Shown: positions 42,478 to 57,764 of the stretch, piece by piece
Position numbering within the stretch: position 1 is the stretch's first letter
Layout of the letters: every line of letters starts with the position of its first letter
Source: Octopus vulgaris
Lineage: Eukaryota
Direction: 5' to 3'
Assembly: GCA_951406725.2 (NCBI GenBank)
Contig: OX597837.1
Coordinates: 36,270,001-36,334,000, forward strand
DNA length: 64,000 nucleotides
Made by a program: the position numbers and the translations under genes
The notes under the pieces: model-generated
The model's database searches: none
Told to the model about the DNA's origin: nothing
Seen by the model: the letters and a program-made list of their open reading frames with translations, nothing else

Positions 42478-43082
42478 AGCAGTGAGCTGGCAGAATCGTT
42501 AGCACGCCGGGCGAAATGCTTAACGGTATTTCGTCTGCTGTTACGTTCTGAGTTCAAATTCCACCGAGGACGACTTTGACTTTCATCCTTTCGGGGTCGA
42601 ATAAATAAGTACCACTTACGCACTGGGGTCGATGTAATCGACTTAATCCGTTTGTCTGTCCTTGTTTGTCCTCTCTCTGTTTACCCCCTTCTGGGTAGTA
42701 AAGAAGTAGCTATTTCGTCTGCCGTTACGTTCTGAGTTCAAATTCCGCCGAGGTCGACTTTGCCTTTCATCCGTTCGGGGTCGATAAAATAAGTACCAGT
42801 TACGTATTTGGGTCGATATAATCGACTTAATCCGTTTGTCTGTCCTTGTTTGTCCTATCTGTATTTAGCCCCTTGTGGGTAGTAAAGAAATAGGTATTTC
42901 GTCTGTTTTTACATTCTGAGTTCAAATTCCGCCGAATTAGTCGACTTTGCATTTCCGTCGACTTTACCTTTCATTTTTTCGGGGTCGATAAATTAAGTAC
43001 CAATTGCATACTGGAGTCGATCTAATCGACTGCCCCCTTCCCAAAAATTTCGGGCCTTGTGCCTAGAGTAGAAAAGAATATT
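42478..43082 (+). mobile_element. SINE (third family) with a triplicated 184-bp internal segment
   Basis: A-box-like TGGCAGAATCG and B-box-like GAGTTCAAATT. tatttcgtct recurs at 42527, 42711 and 42895. Confidence 0.8.
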
Positions 43083-43892
43083 CTGGATAAGGCTACAACT
43101 TTATAAGATATGTTTAGAGTTGCTTCTCTTAGGTATTTACTATTGATAAAAGCTAAGAAGCTAGAAACATCGATGTCTGTGAACTCTGATAGATGGCGAC
43201 ACTGAACAGACAGCAAAACAACATTAGAGATCAGGATTGTGGATCACCGTCGTTCATCGACGATGGTTCAGTTCTTCGTTCAACTGAATTACCTGACTTT
43301 GGATTAATGTTTAACTGGCTGAGTATTCCACAGACGTAAGTATTCCTTTGATGTAATTCTCGGGCAGCATAAAATTGACAAGGCTGTACATTTTTAATTA
43401 CTGGTAAAATCTCTTTGATGGACTTCTATACAGTTTCCATATTCCATATTCCCGATTTCATTTACAAGGCGTAGATCAACGTGAATCTATCAAATAAAAA
43501 AAAAAGGAAAAAATTTTCCTCGACTGCCATGCAGCGGGGTTGAACCAGGGATCGCATGGTTGTCAAGTGAATTTCTTAGCGGATCGGCCATTGGTTGTCC
43601 GCCGAGAGAGCAGAATTCTACGCAATAAAACATCATATAAACAATCATGACTACATACAGACACGGAGGTACACAAACACACACACGTTTACACACACAT
43701 ATACCTATATTCATATAGACATACACTCAATCATGCGCACACACAAGCACAACGCATATATACACACACACAGACTTGTAGTCTCACATATATACACACA
43801 TACGCATACAAAGACACATACGTACAAGCGTACACACACACATAATATATATACATATATGTATGTATACATATGCATGTATATATAATATA

Positions 43893-43968
<76 letters not shown>

Positions 43969-44580
43969 TGTGTGCAAGTATATGTATATGTATGTATAAA
44001 TGTGTATATGCATGTGTGTGTATGTATGTATTCACACACAGACACATGCTCACACTCAAACATGCGTATATGTATACAGAGACTGAGGCATATAATCACA
44101 CACACACACACACACACACACAAACAAACAAACACACATACACACATACGCATACATACGCACACACATACACAAACATACACACACACATATATACACA
44201 CATCCACATACACACACATACACAATCACATACACACACACACACATCCACAGACACGCACACACACACACACACACATATAGAGAGAGAGAGCGACACG
44301 TGTAGATACTTGCAGATACACACAAATATGCACGCATATATGTTCCCCCTCCACACACACACACACAAATCACACATACAAACGCAGACATATATACATG
44401 TATGCGAGTGCAAAAGACGCATACATACATACATACATGCACACAAACTCACACATACACACACACGCCCACTGAGATACATACACACACACACACACAC
44501 ACACGTGCATACTCACATACATGTCCACGCGTGCAGACACAGATACAGGTACACATACAACTACAAACGCACACACACTC

Positions 44581-44619
<39 letters not shown>

Positions 44620-44734
44620 AACACACACACACACACAAATATGGAAGTTGTGTGTTTAGAAATAGAGATCAAAATATTTCAATCAGTTCTGAAGATTCGA
44701 TTTTTATGCCAACAACAACAACAACAGCAGCAGC

Positions 44735-44769
<35 letters not shown>

Positions 44770-45226
44770 CCAACAACAACAACAACAAAATAACAAGAAC
44801 AACAGCAACAACAACAGTGACAAACGTACGAACAACAAAAGTCACAACAGTGACAATAATAACAACAACAACAACTATAAAGAATAAAAATAACTAAACA
44901 GGATTCGACACAGTCTCCTCTTTTCATTATGTAATATATTTAGTTGTTTATTGTTGTTGTTATGGTTATTATCGTTGCTTCTGTTGTTGTCATTATTGTT
45001 GTAACTCTTCATACTCTTTCTTACTATTAGTGCAGTTGTTGTTGCTGTGATGTTGTTGTTGTTGTTGTTGATATTGTTGTTGTTGTTGTTGTTATTGTTG
45101 TTGTTGTTGTTTTCGTAATTTTTATTGTTGTTGTCGTTAATGTTATCAATGTTGATGTTACTTTCTTATTGATGTTGTTGTTGTTGTTGTTGTCCTCAAA
45201 GTTATCAATATTGTTATCGTTAGTGC

Positions 45227-45307
<81 letters not shown>

Positions 45308-45384
45308 CATTATTATCATTATTATTATCATTATTATTATCATTATTATTATTTTTATTATTTTCATTATTATTATTGTTGTTG

Positions 45385-45423
<39 letters not shown>

Positions 45424-45428
45424 TTGTT

Positions 45429-45482
<54 letters not shown>

Positions 45483-46049
45483 GTCATTGTCGTCGTCATC
45501 GTCATCATCGTCGTTGCTGTTCAAAGTTTCCACCATCATTACCGCCATATTGTGTATATTTGATGTCTTCTTTAATAACAGGGTTCCACTTAATATTAAA
45601 ACATCTAATCAACCGACAACGTTCCCTTTTCATCATTAACATCTAATTAACAGGTGTGCATTGTTTATTTCCCCTCTCTTCCTCGCCCGCTTTCTTTCTT
45701 TCTTTCTTTCTTCCTCTTTCCAAGTCTCTCCTCACCTCTTCTGTCTCCCTCCTCGCTCTTCCGTCTTCTTCGTCTTTCACCGTCTTTAAATAAACACGAC
45801 AGTCTATTGAGGAACACATTTTGCCGAACTACAAAGGAAAGATTACAAAAACCGTAAAAGCATAACTAAATATATCCACTATATCCTACCCCACCCCCAC
45901 AGTACATGCAAACACATACGCTCAAATACATACACATACAGACATATACATACATGTACACAAGTATTGGTTATGATAGTTTTCATAAATCGTTATGTAG
46001 GTACCAACGTTTCAGGTATGGTGACTTCCACCGGGGGTTAATCCTTTTA

Positions 46050-46350
46050 CTCAGAGCCAAACTCCTAAGGAAAGGTCATAAGACTTAAAACATTGGTACA
46101 TGCGACAGACATTGTTAGGTCTTAAGGAGAGACTTTGATTATAATGAAAGCATGAAGTATTTGTATTCTACAACAAAAAGTATAGACGTGTGCATAAACA
46201 GTTCGGTTCATAATCATCTGTAGAAGTGCCAGACTCGGGACTTTACGGTATTCATCAAAGCCACGGAACGTAACATAGGCAACCTCCACATCATGGAGAC
46301 TGTTTTAATAAGCTGAAACTAACATTAAACCAACGGACAAGGAGTATATT
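46050..46350 (+). pseudogene. Probable second PLE GIY-YIG endonuclease remnant (Penelope/Poseidon-like)
   Basis: NIGTCDRH...NSSVHNHL*KC...FTVFIKATERNIGNLHIMETVLI resembles YIG.T.R...S.V..HL..C...IL..E....L.I.EAL.I. Confidence 0.5.
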
Positions 46351-46611
46351 GAAGGAAACTCACTGCTATAACAACACCAGTTTGCGCATGTCACTACCCT
46401 GTCCTACATATCTGAGCAGCGATAATATGTTTATTCTATCACCCATTTCTCTGTGTGTCCAAGTGAAAGGGTCTTCCTCCAAAATATCTGAGAAATATAA
46501 AGGAAAATTTCAGCTATTTTTGCTGTCTTCACTTTGGTAATTTATTTCGCATTGTTTTGACCCTAAAAAGGTTTTATCTAATACAACGCTTCACCTAAAC
46601 TACTCTCTCTT

Positions 46612-46653
<42 letters not shown>

Positions 46654-47109
46654 CGCACATATATGTATGTATATATATATAGTAGCAAAAGACGTTATTG
46701 TCTAGTATTGTTACTACGTATATCTGGTTTAGAGATTTTAGAACTAGCAATATCTATATATATATATATATATATGTACAGGGAGGGAGGGGAGGGACAG
46801 AAAGAGAGAGAAAGGAATTTATGCTAACATTATAAAGATGGGCACTCGGCAAGACCATGCTATTGCCCGTCATCTGATAAGCACCAATCACGCCATGTTG
46901 TTTGTCAGTAGATTGGTTGCCTAACTGCCTGTTCGACTGTCTGTCTGCAGGTCTTGTTTGTTGGCTGGTTTGTTGGCTGGTTGACCGGCTCGAAACATGG
47001 CTGGCCCTCGGGCAAAATATGTGACCGGCAGATGACGTTTAACGAGTTGTTTCCAACGAAGGTTCAATATTTGCGTTTCGGACAGTTTCCAACTAGAATC
47101 AAATGATAT

Positions 47110-47170
<61 letters not shown>

Positions 47171-47300
47171 TGGGGAGGGGGTCGGATGTGGTTTGGAGAT
47201 GTGTACATATGCGAATATATGTCTGTGTGTGTGTGTAGAAATATATACGAATACTTAAATGTATATGGAGATGTAAATATATCCCTATAAATACATATTT

Positions 47301-47388
<88 letters not shown>

Positions 47389-47825
47389 ATATATGTTTGT
47401 ATATATACATACACACACGCATATATATATATATGTATATATAGTTATACATATATATACATATATGTGTGTGTAGGTATATATATATATATATATATGT
47501 ACTTATATTTGCGCATATGTATATAGATACATATATGTATATATACGTAATTGAATATACGAGCATGCGCATATACAGACATTTGCACACATACACAGAA
47601 ATATATATTAATATATATCCATATATATAATATGAAATGTGATATGAATAGTCTGGCAGATAATTAGAAATAAACTGATCGATGGATAGATTAATGGAGA
47701 GGAATAGAGAGAGACAGACACACAGACAGACAGAGGCAAATATACATATACACACACATACAGTATATATATTCAAATGCACACATACACACACTCACAG
47801 GTATATATGTCTATACACATACATA

Positions 47826-47900
47826 GCAGGAGTAGCCGTGTGGTAAAAAGCTTGCTTCCCGACCATATTGTTCCAGGTTCAATCCCAATGCGTGGCCCCT
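47826..47900 (+). mobile_element. SINE family A head fragment
   Basis: Homology to 6097-6170. Confidence 0.7.
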
Positions 47901-47920
47901 ATTGCACGCGCCTTTTACTA

Positions 47921-47979
<59 letters not shown>

Positions 47980-47981
<2 letters not shown>

Positions 47982-48235
47982 GCCTTTACACAGCTGCTAA
48001 CGCTGGATATGTACGACAGTGTCAGTTGTTCACTACCAGTGAACAAAGGTAACACCTCTTCTTTTTCGAGCACCTTCAGGAGTATTCGAGCAGTTGCAAG
48101 CAGTGCTGTCTTCTGCAACAGCCCCTATTTGTTCCACGTACTTCTCGAGATTTTTACTCCCTGTTACCAAGGCTCCGACAATTATTGGTACTACTGCTAC
48201 GTTTTTTATCGTCCACAACTGATTAACTTCCCAAG
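47980..48235 (-). mobile_element. 3' fragment of an R4/Dong-like LINE between (TAA)n tracts
   Basis: WTIKNVAVVPIIVGAL..SKNLEKYVEQIG / LQKTALLATARILLKVLE; (TTA)n at 47922-47980 and 48279-48342. Confidence 0.75.
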
Positions 48236-48276
48236 CTAACCTGTCATATCTCTCGACTTTTCTTTCTTCCTTATCG

Positions 48277-48345
<69 letters not shown>

Positions 48346-48624
48346 AGTTATTAATATTATTGTTATTATCTTCAATTTCCAGATATATTTGATACACACA
48401 TAACATTTGGATTATGTTAGAGTCACCTCTACCACACGCACACAGACACAAAAACACACACGCACTCACACACATACACACACACACATACACACACACA
48501 TTATGTACTGAAAGATAGTTCTTTGTATATCCTCCATTTATTATAAACCACTTACAAAATCGTAATGGTAGTCATTTCAAAATGGCTGACATATTTTATT
48601 TTAATTATTTTTGTTGGAGCATTC

Positions 48625-48833
48625 TTTTATTCTTTTATTTGTTTCAGTCATCTGACTACGGCCATGCTGGAGCACAGATTTTAGTCGAAGAAATCAGCTC
48701 TGGATCTTATTCTTTGCAAGCCTAGTACTTATTCCATCGCTATCTTCTGCTGAACTGCTAAGTTACAGGCATTTATATACACCAATATCGGTTGTCAAGA
48801 GATTGTTGGGTGCGGGCAAAGACAGACAGACAG

Positions 48834-48835
<2 letters not shown>
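48625..48835 (-). mobile_element. SINE family A 3' half
   Basis: Reverse complement of the tail (tgtttcagtca...cggccatgctgg...tacttattc). Confidence 0.75.
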
Positions 48836-48883
<48 letters not shown>

Positions 48884-49269
48884 GCTTAATGTATTGTATT
48901 TTTATTTGTGTTTTTTTTTATCGTTGTATTTGTGTATATATATGTGTGTGTGTGTGGTGGAGGTATGTATATGTTTGTGAGGGTGTATTGGTGCTTTTGT
49001 GTAGCTGTGTGCATCTATGTATGTATGTACGTATATATGTACGTATGTATGTATGTATACACTCACATGCACACACACACACAAACTCCCCACACATACA
49101 CACATATATATACATGTATATGTCATTATATATTTTTCCTTTTCTTTTTGTGAAAAGAAAGAAAATCTTTTATCTATGTATACATATATATACATATACA
49201 TATACATACATACACATATCTGTATGTATGTATATATATACACTAACCACATATATATATATTATATAC

Positions 49270-49315
<46 letters not shown>

Positions 49316-49316
49316 G

Positions 49317-49369
<53 letters not shown>

Positions 49370-49752
49370 TATATATTATATACACATGCATATGATATAC
49401 CTATTATATATATATCATATACACATGTATATGATATATATGATATATATTATATGCATATATATATCATGAAGGTATTGTTCTCTTTGTTGCCTGCCAC
49501 GTTTCTGTATTTGATTCTTTCGTTGTTCAAAAAAAGTTAGCTTTCCATGTTTTTTTCTTTTTATGTTCTCGTTTTTTTATTTTGTTCACGTTTCTTTTTG
49601 ACGTCCTGTACCCATATATGCATGCATATATACATATATATGTAGGTATGTACATATACGTATGTATATATGCATAAATATTATATATATTATACATACA
49701 TACATACACACACACACACATATATATATATATACATTTATATACATCACTG

Positions 49753-49788
<36 letters not shown>

Positions 49789-49851
49789 TACATATCTGTA
49801 TACACAAACACACACACACACGCACACACATACAAACACACACACACACAC

Positions 49852-49892
<41 letters not shown>

Positions 49893-50282
49893 CACGCACA
49901 CAAATGCCAGGCTTTCACGCAGTATTTTGTGTCTCCCATCTTCACTCGCGAGACATTGGCTGGCTCAAAGATAGAGCAGAAGACACTTACCCATAATGTG
50001 ATACGGTGGAATTGAATCCTAAATCCCATCGCTACAACACAAACCTCGCTTTCATTCTGAAGAAACGAGGTCTTCGCAGGGAAAGAAACACACCGTATAG
50101 CTTGTATTGTATTCTGCTGGTAGATTCTTTGCGTGGAATATGGTAGATATCTAAAACGATTCTAAAGGTCATCGTATAAATATTTTAACTCTCTTTCATA
50201 TCAGAATTATAATGGTGGCGTGTTGTTCCTTTCTTCGACGATTAGAAAGTGGAAAATGGAAACGCACACACGCACACATATC

Positions 50283-50407
<125 letters not shown>

Positions 50408-50446
50408 CACATACATATGAATATATACATATATATATACATATAC

Positions 50447-50491
<45 letters not shown>

Positions 50492-50671
50492 TACATATCC
50501 ATGTACATATGCATATATATACATATATACATATATATACATACAAACATATTTATTCATACTTATGTATATATACGTATGTGTGTATATGTGTGTACAC
50601 ATGTACAAATATGTGTGCATGTATACATATATTATATATGGATGTATACATATTTATTATTATTATTATTA

Positions 50672-50712
<41 letters not shown>

Positions 50713-51023
50713 GTTGTTGTTGTTGTTGTTGTTGTTGTTATTATTATTATTCACTGCGGCATACCTAAAACGTTCTTTCGAACGCATTCGTAAGTTACGC
50801 ATGCAACTGTGCCTTTCACGTTGTTTCTACCAATATATGCTATTAATTTTTCTTCTAAACTGCCAATAAGAATACTAAGCACCTTTTGATAGGCTCTCGG
50901 TGGCTATTTCTACCCCGTAAGGGGCAGTATTTATTAATTTAATTATCTATTGCATTTTTAAAAAAGCAAAAACGCACAAAATGGCGTCGTCAGCATCACA
51001 AATTATCATCGACATCAGCAACC

Positions 51024-51273
51024 ATGGAAGCGCTAAGAGGGAAAGCCATCTTTCCCACCAGCCCTCCCACAGAAGACGACTCCCCCTCCACCATATCACC
51101 CACTCCTAGAGACAACAACAACAACAACAGAAGTAGTTTAAGCAATGTGAAAGCTTGTGAAACTTATGAAATTAGTTACAACAAAAACAACAGAAGTGAG
51201 AAGAGTGTCGATGGTGGCGGAAGTAGTAGCGATGGCGGCGGTGGAGACAGAAAAAGCTGCAACACTACGAAAG

Positions 51274-51322
<49 letters not shown>

Positions 51323-51343
51323 CAGCAGCAGTAGCAGTAGTAA

Positions 51344-51382
<39 letters not shown>

Positions 51383-51386
51383 CAGT

Positions 51387-51446
<60 letters not shown>

Positions 51447-51447
51447 T

Positions 51448-51513
<66 letters not shown>

Positions 51514-51683
51514 ACAAAAATAACAACATCAACAAGAACATGTTCGCTGCAGCAGCAAGCAAAATGAGACCACGTTATAGCATAGACCTCATAAACAAAG
51601 AGCTGAAGTTAGCCCAGGCATGGAAGCTCATCAAGCATGAAGAAACCCGGGGCCAACTTAACCATACCAAAGGAGGCAATTGA
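51024..51683 (+). CDS. Possible low-complexity ORF or exon (poly-Ser), function unknown
   Basis: 219-aa ORF in an ACCATGG context with non-repetitive N- and C-terminal parts. No recognisable domain. Confidence 0.2.
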
Positions 51684-51862
51684 AGAAGTGGAGAGAAAAA
51701 AAGCAGTTCATTTCAGATGCATCTCAGCAAAAGACAAAGAAACCAACAATATAAGCACAGGCAGATAATGAAGCGAGGAACCGAGAATGCAGTACATTTT
51801 CAGTGCTTTTAAAGTCAGAAGCCCTCACTATGAAACATTCAGTGACCCCCTGTGTGTCTGTT

Positions 51863-51901
<39 letters not shown>

Positions 51902-51939
51902 GTGTGTGTATGTGTGTGTGTGTGTGTGCGTGTGTCTGT

Positions 51940-52120
51940 TAGTCCGTTGAACTCCGCACATTTTATTCTTTCTCCGTTTTTTTTTCAGGCTTATTCCTTT
52001 CTGTTGAAGAGCGCAGGTTTTAAACGTAAAAGACTTTTCCATTCTTCTCGAGCGCTAAACTAATTGCACCTGTTCGTTGATCCCTCAGCAGTCTTCGTCT
52101 TCTGTTTTCTGTAAATTTGA
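51940..52120 (+). mobile_element. Short PLE-type unit with decayed minimal HHR (51997-52032)
   Basis: cttt-CTGTTGA-a-GAGC-gcag-GTTT-TAAACGT-A-aaag; homologous to 23762-23943. Confidence 0.55.
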
Positions 52121-52168
52121 ACTATCTATCTATCTATCTATCTATCTCTCTATCTATCTATCTATCTA

Positions 52169-52286
<118 letters not shown>

Positions 52287-52734
52287 TCTACATATAAACA
52301 CCAGACAATGTTTGCACAACGCAGTGGGGGAGGCGGCAGGGAATGATTACGTATTTATATGTTTATAAGGGAGAGTGACTGGGGAATGTTTCTAATGTAA
52401 CAAAGAGTAGCAGAAAATCCGATGATAAATAGACGACGTTTCGGCTGAGAGGGGATGTCGAAGATGATATATCTAAAGAGAAGCTGAGAAATGCTGAAAC
52501 CAGAGAAAAAGACCTGAATGGCGAATAAATTACAAACACACACACGTATATATTTATAGATACAGAAGATAAACTTCTGCACACACACACACGGACACAA
52601 ACACACGCACTTGCACATACGCGCATACGCACTTGCACATATATAAGAATATGTGTTAATTATTGACACTACAAAATCTAATCTGAATGCGAAATGGGCT
52701 ACCTTTAAGATAGCATATTCGCACTGTATGCAAA

Positions 52735-52806
<72 letters not shown>

Positions 52807-52990
52807 GTGTATATATGCGTGTGTCTCACTGTGTGTAGCGAGACTGAGAGAGAGGAAGAGAGGAAAATAGATACATTCATACATATATAAATAGAAAGAG
52901 AGAAAGATTGGATATGTATATAGCTATATATATATATATGTCTATGTATCTACCAATCTACCAATCTACCTATCTACCTATCTCTTTCTT

Positions 52991-53027
<37 letters not shown>

Positions 53028-53122
53028 TTGTCTATCTACTATACATTTATTTACTTATCTATTTACATATATATAAATACATACACACTGTATATGCCAT
53101 ATATATATATATGGCATATACA

Positions 53123-53209
<87 letters not shown>

Positions 53210-53487
53210 TGTATGTATGCATGTATGTATATATATATATATATATACACACGATCTACGTATGCGCACACATGGCTGCGCCTGCGTGCGAGCGAGTACG
53301 TGTTAGCATGTATATGGCCTTTATGAAGCGCCTCTAATTGCTGCATCACCAACCAACCGTCTACAGTTCTATGTGAGACGGAACAATTGTATTTAAATAC
53401 CAACACTATCACTTCTCTGTCTGTCCGTGTGTCGCTATGTTCTAAATTCAATAGGACATCATTAATAAACAAGCTGACATTTCGCCG

Positions 53488-53518
<31 letters not shown>

Positions 53519-53574
53519 AATTATACCGTAGCTGCACACTAGTGCACCGACGTTACACACAAATGCATCGTTGC

Positions 53575-53789
53575 TGCGCAGCCATGGCTCTATGGTTAAG
53601 AAACTCGGTCGCTCGGTTCTGCAACCACGTGGGTCCGCGTTCAGTCCCCATAGGGCGGCAATTTGGCCCCGACTATCTTGTGTTACAGTATGGTGCCAAC
53701 CAATGCCTTGTGAGTGGATTTGATAGACGGAAATTGTGTGGAATCCCGTCCAATATACATCTGTGTGAGTGTATGTATATATGTATACA

Positions 53790-53838
<49 letters not shown>

Positions 53839-54227
53839 ACACATTCTTTCTCTTTGTTTTATTCTTTTATTTGTTTCAGTCATTTGACTGCGGCCATGCT
53901 GGAGCACCGTCTCTAGTCAAACAAAGCGACCCCAGGACTTATTTTTTGTAAACCTAGTACTTATTCTATCGCCCCCTTTTGCCGAACCTCTAGCTTACAG
54001 GGCCCTAAACACACCACCATCGGTTGTCAAGAGATGTTGGAAGAGGAGGACAAACACACTCACACGCACATATATGGCTGTGTGGTAAGTAGCTTGCTCA
54101 TCGACGACATGGTTCTGGGTTCAGTCCCACTGCGCGGCACCTTGGGCTAGTGTCATCTACTATAGACTTGGGCGAACCTAAAGCCTTGTGAGTGGATTTG
54201 CCAGACAGAAACTGAAAGAAGCCTGTC

Positions 54228-54228
<1 letters not shown>
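53575..54228. mobile_element. Cluster of SINE family A halves: head(+) 53575-53750, tail(-) 53860-54055, head(+) 54075-54228
   Basis: Homology to the head and tail of 6094-6513. Confidence 0.8.
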
Positions 54229-54277
<49 letters not shown>

Positions 54278-54290
54278 TTCCTTCTCCTTT

Positions 54291-54325
54291 GTTTCCGACG
54301 AAGAGCTCCGCTCGAAACGTTAAAC
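54291..54325 (+). ncRNA. Minimal HHR-like motif in a 150-bp unit (54276-54424) flanked by (TA)n on both sides
   Basis: gttt-CCGACGA-a-GAGC-tcc-GCTC-GAAACGTT-aaac. Confidence 0.65.
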
Positions 54326-54418
54326 CCTCCTTCCGTTCATTCCTGAGCGTCAAATAATACTTTAATTGTTCCACGTCCTCGCGTTGCTGTGTTTTTTTCT
54401 GTGTTTTCTTGTTTGGAT

Positions 54419-54525
<107 letters not shown>

Positions 54526-55038
54526 ATATATATATGTCTGTGTGTGTGTGGCGGGTTTTCTTTTTATCTATCTAACAATATTCCTACTTACCTTTAACTA
54601 GTGTTATTTCCAGATTGTCTGTCAGACACCACAGACTGACAGACAATCAGACAGAAGAAAGATACGAATCTCAGAATCTATGCACATATAAATTATTGGC
54701 TTTCACATCCATATTCCATCGTATTCTCTCCATATCTATGTCATTTGCATGTTCTTTGCAGCTTGTGCATTCTTCTAATGGCACCTCCATTTACCAATAT
54801 TGTGCACAACGTTCATTGAATGAACTTCTGTGGTCAATGAGGTGTATTTTAGTTGCTGCTTGCAAGGAATTTTTTATTTGTGGGTGTGTGTGTGCGTGTG
54901 TGTGTGTGTGTGGGTGGGTGGTGTGTGTGTGTGTGTGTGTGTGTGTGCGCATCGCGTGTGTGTATGCGTGCGTGTATGCAGGGTTGTTTGTGTGTGAGGG
55001 CGTGTGTAGATTTGTGTGAGTACATGTATGTACTACTA

Positions 55039-55114
<76 letters not shown>

Positions 55115-55147
55115 ATAAAACTTACTTGGAAGTGGATGCGTAGCGTT

Positions 55148-55220
<73 letters not shown>

Positions 55221-55329
55221 TCTCACATATATTTTTGAAAAATGAGTAGAGATGGCTTTTTGAGAAGATAATTTTTCATTTTAATCTTAATAATAATGTT
55301 TATAGTGAGTTACTCTGATATGAGTTTCG

Positions 55330-55379
<50 letters not shown>

Positions 55380-55384
55380 ATATA

Positions 55385-55620
55385 TAACCCCTAAAACCGT
55401 GACAGTTACAGGGAATTTGATTTTTCAGTTTAAGAGCCTTTTAGATCTGATGTAGTTAGTTTTCATTTTTTTCCTGACAAATTGACCTTTCCTCATCATA
55501 TAAGGCTTATATCTGATGTCTTCGTAGACAACATTTCTGACTGTTCCTTCTGACACATGGAGATCTTTTGCAATTGACCTCATGGACTTCCTGGGATTGT
55601 AATCAATGGTCTGTTGAACG
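55385..55620 (-). mobile_element. DD37D/maT-type transposase N-terminal (HTH) fragment
   Basis: IDYNPRKSMRSIAKDLHVSEGTVRNVVYEDIRYKPYMMRKGQF. Confidence 0.75.
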
Positions 55621-55621
55621 T

Positions 55622-55950
55622 TTGCGGTTTCGATTCCCAGACCAGGCATTGTGAGTGTTTATTGAGCGAAAACACCTAAAGCTCCACGAGGCTTCGGCAG
55701 GGTGTGGTGGCAAACCTTGCTGTACTCTTTCACCACAACTTTCTCTCAATCTTTCTTCCTGTTTCTGTTGTATCTGTATTTCAAAGGGGCCAGCCTTGCC
55801 ACAATCTATGTCACACTGAATCTCCCTGAGAACTACGTTAAGGGTGCACATGTCTGTGGAGTGCTCAGCTACTTGCACGTTAAATTCACGAGCAGGCTGT
55901 TCCGTTGATCGGATCAACTGGAACCCTCGTCGTCGTAACCGACAGAGCTC
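55622..55950 (+). mobile_element. 5'-truncated tRNA-derived SINE (mosaic of two subtypes)
   Basis: The 5' body matches 29560-29660 (rc); the 3' body matches 30775-30960 (rc). Confidence 0.8.
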
Positions 55951-56499
55951 CATATCATTATTATATATGTATGTATATGTATATATGTATGTGTGTGTGT
56001 TTGTTTGAGTGGGCGCGTATGTATGTGTGTATACATATATGCAATTATATTCCAAGTTGTTACAGCTGGTTTCGCCAACTAAAGTTAGACATGACAACAC
56101 ACTGGGGGGATGTAACGAGGTCAACACGAGACCGCCTCTCTAAACGCAACACCAAACCAATCTGCATTGCGTCCATTGTTCGACTATTTCACTTAACTAA
56201 TCTTATTGTTATCTCGTTTGCTAGGGAGGTTTTGTTTAGTAATTGCTTGGATAATCCCCATTGATGAGAGTGAGATTTTGTATTCGTTATGTAGCTATCG
56301 ATTTTGTTTTATCTTCCTTTCTCTTTTTCATTGGTATATGTGTGTGTGTGTATGTGTGTGTCTGTGTGTGTGTGTGTGAATGTGTGTGTGTGTGTACGTG
56401 TGTGTATGTACAAATATATGCATACAAGTACGTACATATAGACATATATGTATATAAGAATGTATATTTATAGGTACATAGACAGACAAACAGGCAGAC

Positions 56500-56740
<241 letters not shown>

Positions 56741-56906
56741 CATACATATATACATGCATAGACAGACAGACATGAAGATAAACAGTTAACACAAGATGGA
56801 TGGTTCTATAGAGAACTGAAAAACTTCAATCAAATCAGATAAAGCTAGTGTATATATATATATATACATATACATATACATACATATATATATATATACA
56901 TACATG

Positions 56907-56939
<33 letters not shown>

Positions 56940-57100
56940 ACATATATATGTGTATACGCATGTGTGCATATACACATGTATATACACATGCAAGCACAGA
57001 CACCTCCACCAAACTCGTATCTCTCATCTTATCTGATTCTCTGGTACATTTCTCTCACACTTAACATTACCAGCATTGAGTGTCTCTGCACACTCCCATG

Positions 57101-57156
<56 letters not shown>

Positions 57157-57764
57157 CACACAAATGCACATACATTTTTGTGGGGTGGCTATAAACGTAT
57201 ATATACACACACGTGTTATTGACACGTCTATTCTCTTGTCCATATTTATCCACTCTCTCACTCTATGTGTATGTGTGTGTGTGTATGTCTGTGTGTGTGT
57301 GTGTGTCTGTGTGTGTGTGTGTTCCTCACTGCCTCCTTCTCTCTCTCTTCGTCTCTCTCTCTCTCCGTCTCTCTCTTTCACTCTACTTTTCTTCTCTTGT
57401 CCTCCCACACACACACACACACAAACACTCGTCTCTACTACTTCTGTCTCTTTTTCTCTCTCTCTCTCTCTCTCACTCCCCCTCTCTCTCTCCTTCTCTC
57501 TTCCCTACCACCACCCTCACACACACCCCTGCCTATCTTCCTCTTCCTCTCACTTTCCCCCCACCCCACCCCCATGTTTGTCTGTTCGTCTCAATAATAA
57601 TGAAGATACCAAGATTAGTAAACAAGTCTGGAATACAGACAATCGGTGCTGCTGCTGCTGCTGCTGTTGTTGTTGTTGTTATTGTTGTTGTTGTTGTTGT
57701 TTTGGCCAATATTGTTGGCCATGCTGTTACCGTTGCAGTTGTTACAGTTATCGCTGTTGTTGTT

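Noticed and set aside
45999-46040. Minus-strand GAAACGTT motif upstream of the GIY-YIG remnant
   Set aside because: The core and stem II are too degenerate to call, although an inverted pLTR relic is possible.
52430-52450. GAAACGTC half-HHR on the minus strand
   Set aside because: There is no CUGANGA box upstream.
54613-54648. 13-bp-stem hairpin gattgtctgtcag/ctgacagacaatc
   Set aside because: It is short and partly (GACA)n-like, with no supporting context.
56057-56096. Minus-strand GAAAC-cagct-GTA with flanking stems
   Set aside because: The CUGANGA box is absent, so at most this is a dead relic.
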